Origin: an uncultured Clostridia bacterium
GTDB taxonomy: Bacteria > Bacillota > Clostridia > Christensenellales > UBA1242
DNA: 31,389 bases
Direction of reading: 5' to 3'
Assembly (NCBI GenBank): GCA_948439925.1
Contig: CAOJNR010000001.1
Coordinates: 1 to 31,389, forward strand
The notes under the pieces were generated by a model that saw only the letters and a list, made by a program, of their open reading frames with translations, had not been told where the DNA came from and ran no database searches. The position numbers and the translations under genes are program-made. Shown one piece after another: positions 29,001-31,389 of the stretch (its first letter is position 1; each line of letters begins with the position of its first letter).

Positions 29001-29733
29001 TTTAAAGCAAGAAAAGGAATTTGTTGGAATTTATCTTTCAGGACATCCGCTTGATGACTATCTTGACAAATTTGAAAAGTTTAATTTCAATTCAAGCATG
29101 ATTAAGAAAGAAGAAGCTGACAACTTCTCCAAAGAAGAAGGCGAAGGTGATGACGATGAAGTTATGCCTGATGAAAATGACAACACTTTCTATGATGATG
29201 AAATTGGTCCACAAGATGTGGGAGAAGTCAAGGAAGAAGCTGTCAAAGATGGACAATCTGTGCTTTGTGGTGGTGTCATAACGGCGATAAAAAAACTAAA
29301 TGGCAAAAATATGGCTTTTGTCACGATTGAAGATCTTGAAGGAACTTTTGATGCCGTTGCTTTTTCAGGCGTTTACAGCCGTTTTAATGATATCATTGTT
29401 GAGGACGGGCTTGTCACAGTTAAAGGTCATGTTTCAATTCGTGATGGCAAAAGTCCAGTCATTGTGATTGAAAGTTTGACGTCTTGGAAAAGAGCTGAAA
29501 GTGAAGAAAATGTAAAAGAACAAAAACTTTATCTACGCTTTGACACAAAAGATATCGATGTTTATCAAAAAGTTAAGGATATCGTGGCATCCTATCCAGG
29601 CAAAAGTTCAGTGGTGACAAAATGTTCATCAACAAACAATGTTTTTGCGTTTAGCGCTAAGGCTGAGATAAATAACTACCTTATCAACGAACTTATAGGT
29701 TTGCTTGGCGAGAATAATGTTGTTATTAAATAG
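26071..29733 (+). CDS. dnaE: DNA polymerase III alpha subunit (DnaE)
   Basis: HLHLHTEYSLLDG PHP domain, GPGRGSGAGS, SMPDFDVDF, KMDFLGL, YAFNKSHA, C-terminal OB fold. Confidence 0.99.
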   Translation: MKDFVHLHLHTEYSLLDGLARIEKLTDIVKERGWKAVAITDHGNMYGVMKFFESCVTKGIKPIIGEEFYVTHDMKSRSNRDDMAHLILIAKNNTGYQNLLKLSSFAYLDGFYFKPRIDYKLLEQYTEGLICLSACLAGHIPQYIMKHQYDEADKLALELKRMFGEDFYLEIQDHGIAEQKEVLVKLCEMSERLDIKLVATNDVHYLNKEDAELQDVLMCVQMGKTYDDPDRMKFETNEFYLKTYEEMQEALPGFEEALDRTVEIAEKCNITIRTKSLREAAEGGNPNIPDEDKLGASENFIPVYKPDTGEEAYEFLRRMSYEGLERNYKEITPELTERMEMELGTIHKLGFVEYFLVVWDYINFARENGIPVGPGRGSGAGSLVAYCTGITQVDPIRYELFFDRFINPERVSMPDFDVDFCKDRRGEVIEYSKRRYGYDHVSNIVTFGNMQAKNAIKDVARVLRYPYSEVDKITKEIPGKPLCKPPVLKYYFGQSDKPGSEKFVIPTLKQMYEEDDMIKKIVDFAIKLEGVPRNMSMHAAGVLISPTPVFDKVPMAKSGNDVVTQFDMSELEHLGLLKMDFLGLRTLTDIKKAIDYIKEDHGVEIDFTKMEYNDPAVYELISSGNTATIFQLEGGGMKKFMSDLQPTCLEDIIAGISLYRPGPMDFIPKFIQGKRNPEKIEYDDPCLEPILSTTYGCIVYQEQVMKIFQVMAGFSLGGADNVRRIMGKKKPEKLPPEREKFLHGWTDPEGKRKSIPGAIALGHKEDVSIKVFDQMAKFAGYAFNKSHAAAYAYVAYQTAYLKAHYEIEYLTAVLNNRITNADLIKRYTNYAKMEGFEVYPPDINKSYTEFKVENGNMRFGLGALKHVGTTIVDQIVKERQTNGLFKSFEDFIHRMVAYGTLNKRTVESLILGGAFDQFGIYRSKLIAVHGMVIDRAIQDKKSTSNGQTSIFDTFEEVAETINAVEYPDIKEYNKETLLKQEKEFVGIYLSGHPLDDYLDKFEKFNFNSSMIKKEEADNFSKEEGEGDDDEVMPDENDNTFYDDEIGPQDVGEVKEEAVKDGQSVLCGGVITAIKKLNGKNMAFVTIEDLEGTFDAVAFSGVYSRFNDIIVEDGLVTVKGHVSIRDGKSPVIVIESLTSWKRAESEENVKEQKLYLRFDTKDIDVYQKVKDIVASYPGKSSVVTKCSSTNNVFAFSAKAEINNYLINELIGLLGENNVVIK

Positions 29734-29741
29734 GAGATATT

Positions 29742-30605
29742 ATGCAAATCTTGCTTTTAACAAGTGGCGGTGACGCGTCAGGAACAAATATGTTTATTTA
29801 CAAACTCTATAAAGCCTTCGGCAAAAAGCTTTTTGTCTGCCGTTATGGCTTTAAGGGTTTGATAAATGGTGACATCCGATCAATTATTGAATATAATATA
29901 GCAGGGGTGAAAAAGCTTGCAGGCAGTGTTATAAAGTCTTCTCGCTGTCCAGAGTTTGCGACAGAAAGTGGGTTCAAAAAAGGTTTAAAAAACGCCAAAA
30001 AATTTGACTATGTCATTGTTTTAGGCGGGAATGGTTCTCATAAAGGTGCGCAGGAACTTGCTCAAAATGGCGTTAAAACTATTTTTGTTCCTATGACGAT
30101 TGATAACGATGTTGAAGGCAGTGAGTATTCGATTGGCTTTCACACAGCAGTCAAAGCGTGCTGTGACTATATAAACAGCACTATGCCAAGCATGGAAGCA
30201 TTTGACAGGTGTGCGATTTTTGAGGTTATGGGCAGACGACATAGCGCGATTGCTCTTAACACTGCCATGGCTGTTGATTCTGATTATGCAATTCTTGGCA
30301 AAGAAGATGTTGACTATGACCAAATGTCAAAGATTGTTTTGTCCAATAAAAAAGAGGATAGGGCAACTTGCATTGTGGTGCAAGAGAATATCCTTTCACT
30401 CAAAGAACTTTGCCATAACCTTTCATTAAAGTGCCCAAAAGTTGAATTTAAAGGTTTGATTGTTGGGCATATTCAAAGAGGAACAACTCCAACGCGAGTT
30501 GAACTTAAATTTGCAAAGATGTTTGCAAAAGAAACTTTAAAAGCTATCAAGAAAGGACAATCTGGCGCTATCATGTGGCAAGAGGGAAAGACAAGGATAA
30601 AATAA
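29742..30605 (+). CDS. pfkA: 6-phosphofructokinase, divergent and C-terminally short
   Basis: LTSGGD, SRCPEF, GGNGS, TIDND, EVMGR, GHIQRG; dnaE-pfkA synteny. Confidence 0.88.
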   Translation: MQILLLTSGGDASGTNMFIYKLYKAFGKKLFVCRYGFKGLINGDIRSIIEYNIAGVKKLAGSVIKSSRCPEFATESGFKKGLKNAKKFDYVIVLGGNGSHKGAQELAQNGVKTIFVPMTIDNDVEGSEYSIGFHTAVKACCDYINSTMPSMEAFDRCAIFEVMGRRHSAIALNTAMAVDSDYAILGKEDVDYDQMSKIVLSNKKEDRATCIVVQENILSLKELCHNLSLKCPKVEFKGLIVGHIQRGTTPTRVELKFAKMFAKETLKAIKKGQSGAIMWQEGKTRIK

Positions 30606-30645
30606 AAATTATTTCAAGTATTTTTCACTTTTTTATTCAAAATTC

Positions 30646-30674
30646 TTGACAATTATCGTTGACTATGATAAACT
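30646..30674 (+). promoter_or_regulatory. sigma-A promoter of the tRNA cluster
   Basis: TTGACA-17 nt-TAAACT with extended -10 TG; overlapped by a 10-bp inverted repeat. Confidence 0.75.
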
Positions 30675-30695
30675 ACCATAGTCAACATATTATGT

Positions 30696-30769
30696 GCGGG
30701 TGTAGTTCAGTGGTAGAACCCCAGCCTTCCAAGCTGGTCGCGAGGGTCCGATTCCCTTCACCCGCTCCA
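30696..30769 (+). tRNA. tRNA-Gly(TCC)
   Basis: GCGGGTG/CACCCGC acceptor, CCAGC-CTTCCAA-GCTGG anticodon arm, encoded CCA. Confidence 0.96.
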
Positions 30770-30772
30770 TGG

Positions 30773-30849
<77 letters not shown>

Positions 30850-30862
30850 GAACCTTTTTTAT

Positions 30863-30939
30863 GGTGGTCGTAGTTCAGTTGGCAGAACGCCAGATTGTGG
30901 CTCTGGAGGTCAAGAGTTCGATTCTCTTCGATCACCCCA
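30863..30939 (+). tRNA. tRNA-His(GTG) with encoded G-1
   Basis: G-1, GTGGTCG/CGATCAC acceptor, CCAGA-TTGTGGC-TCTGG arm, C73-CCA. Confidence 0.96.
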
Positions 30940-30983
30940 GAAAATTGTTCTCGGTGGGTAAAGCGCCCTATGCATCTTGATAT

Positions 30984-31059
30984 TGGGGTGTCGCCAAGCG
31001 GTAAGGCATTGGACTCTGACTCCAACATTGCGTAGGTTCGAATCCTACCACCCCAGCCA
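30984..31059 (+). tRNA. tRNA-Gln(CTG)
   Basis: TGGGGTG/CACCCCA acceptor (U1-A72), TTGGA-CTCTGAC-TCCAA arm, G73-CCA. Confidence 0.95.
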
Positions 31060-31274
31060 CAGCAAAAACTGCGTTTGTGCTTTGGTTTTGCCAAGGCAAA
31101 ACGCACGCGATAGCACTTGTTTTTGCTGTTAACGCGCCAAACGAAAATGCGTAAAGCATTTTGCGCGACTCTCATGCGAAGAAGTGCGTTGTAAGTGAAA
31201 TATGAAAATTTCATTTGAACGCCAAGCGAAAACGCACTACATTGGCGTTTTGCTGTGACTCTCGTGCGAAGAGG
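31059..31274. repeat. mosaic of REP-like palindromic repeats between tRNA genes
   Basis: 11-bp inverted repeat ACAGCAAAAAC/GTTTTTGCTGT enclosing GTTTTGCC-AA-GGCAAAAC; two degenerate ~50-nt direct repeats at 31135-31184 and 31220-31274. Confidence 0.65.
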
Positions 31275-31323
31275 GAACTTCGAAGATTGAAAGGTGGTTA
31301 AATTTGAAGGCGCAAAGAAAAGG

Positions 31324-31352
31324 TGGGGAAAATGACATTGTCACCCTCCCCA
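31324..31352. repeat. REP-like palindrome, copy 2
   Basis: TGGGGA-aaa-TGACA-T-TGTCA-ccc-TCCCCA. Confidence 0.55.
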
Positions 31353-31360
31353 GAAAATGA

Positions 31361-31389
31361 TGGGGTGTCGCCAAGCGGTAAGGCACAAG
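31361..31389 (+). tRNA. tRNA 5' half, truncated by window edge, probably a second tRNA-Gln
   Basis: First 25 nt (TGGGGTGTCGCCAAGCGGTAAGGCA) identical to the tRNA-Gln at 30984; anticodon outside the window. Confidence 0.8.

Noticed and set aside
26071-29733. Possible intein in DnaE
   Set aside because: No C/S...HN-C/S/T splice junction or endonuclease motifs; length is accounted for by normal domains plus short inserts.
30948-30968. CTCGGTGGGTAAAGCGCCC resembles a tRNA D arm between His and Gln
   Set aside because: No acceptor, anticodon or T arm can be built around it.
31059-31360. Possible CRISPR array
   Set aside because: Only two degenerate units, no constant repeat/spacer periodicity and no cas genes.

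Overview
AT-rich Bacillota (Clostridia-like, probably an uncultured streamlined lineage; inferred from gene order and protein style) chromosomal window. Centre (6.0-22.3 kb): a complete S10-spc-alpha superoperon (rpsJ to rplQ, with secY, adk, map, KOW, infA, rpoA) behind a sigma-A promoter and structured leader. Left: an accessory operon (alpha/beta hydrolase, RNase Z-like MBL hydrolase, nucleoside deaminase, ASCH, YunG-like, SDR), then a small ORF, recO and a divergent orphan. Right: NUDIX, orphan, dtd, PHP, whiA, dnaE, a divergent pfkA and a tRNA cluster (Gly, Arg, His, Gln, partial Gln-like). Main oddities: two poly-G tracts in the accessory operon (G8 frameshifts the deaminase, G9 is in frame in the MBL gene); a decayed second RNase Z-like gene start; short deletion-like lesions in essential rplW, rpsE and probably rplE (likely assembly artefacts); uS3 with altered mRNA-entry-channel motifs; an orphan ORF with GNRA-hairpin flanks between secY and adk; REP-like palindromes near the tRNAs. 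No CRISPR array, transposase, integrase or recognisable defence system was seen.
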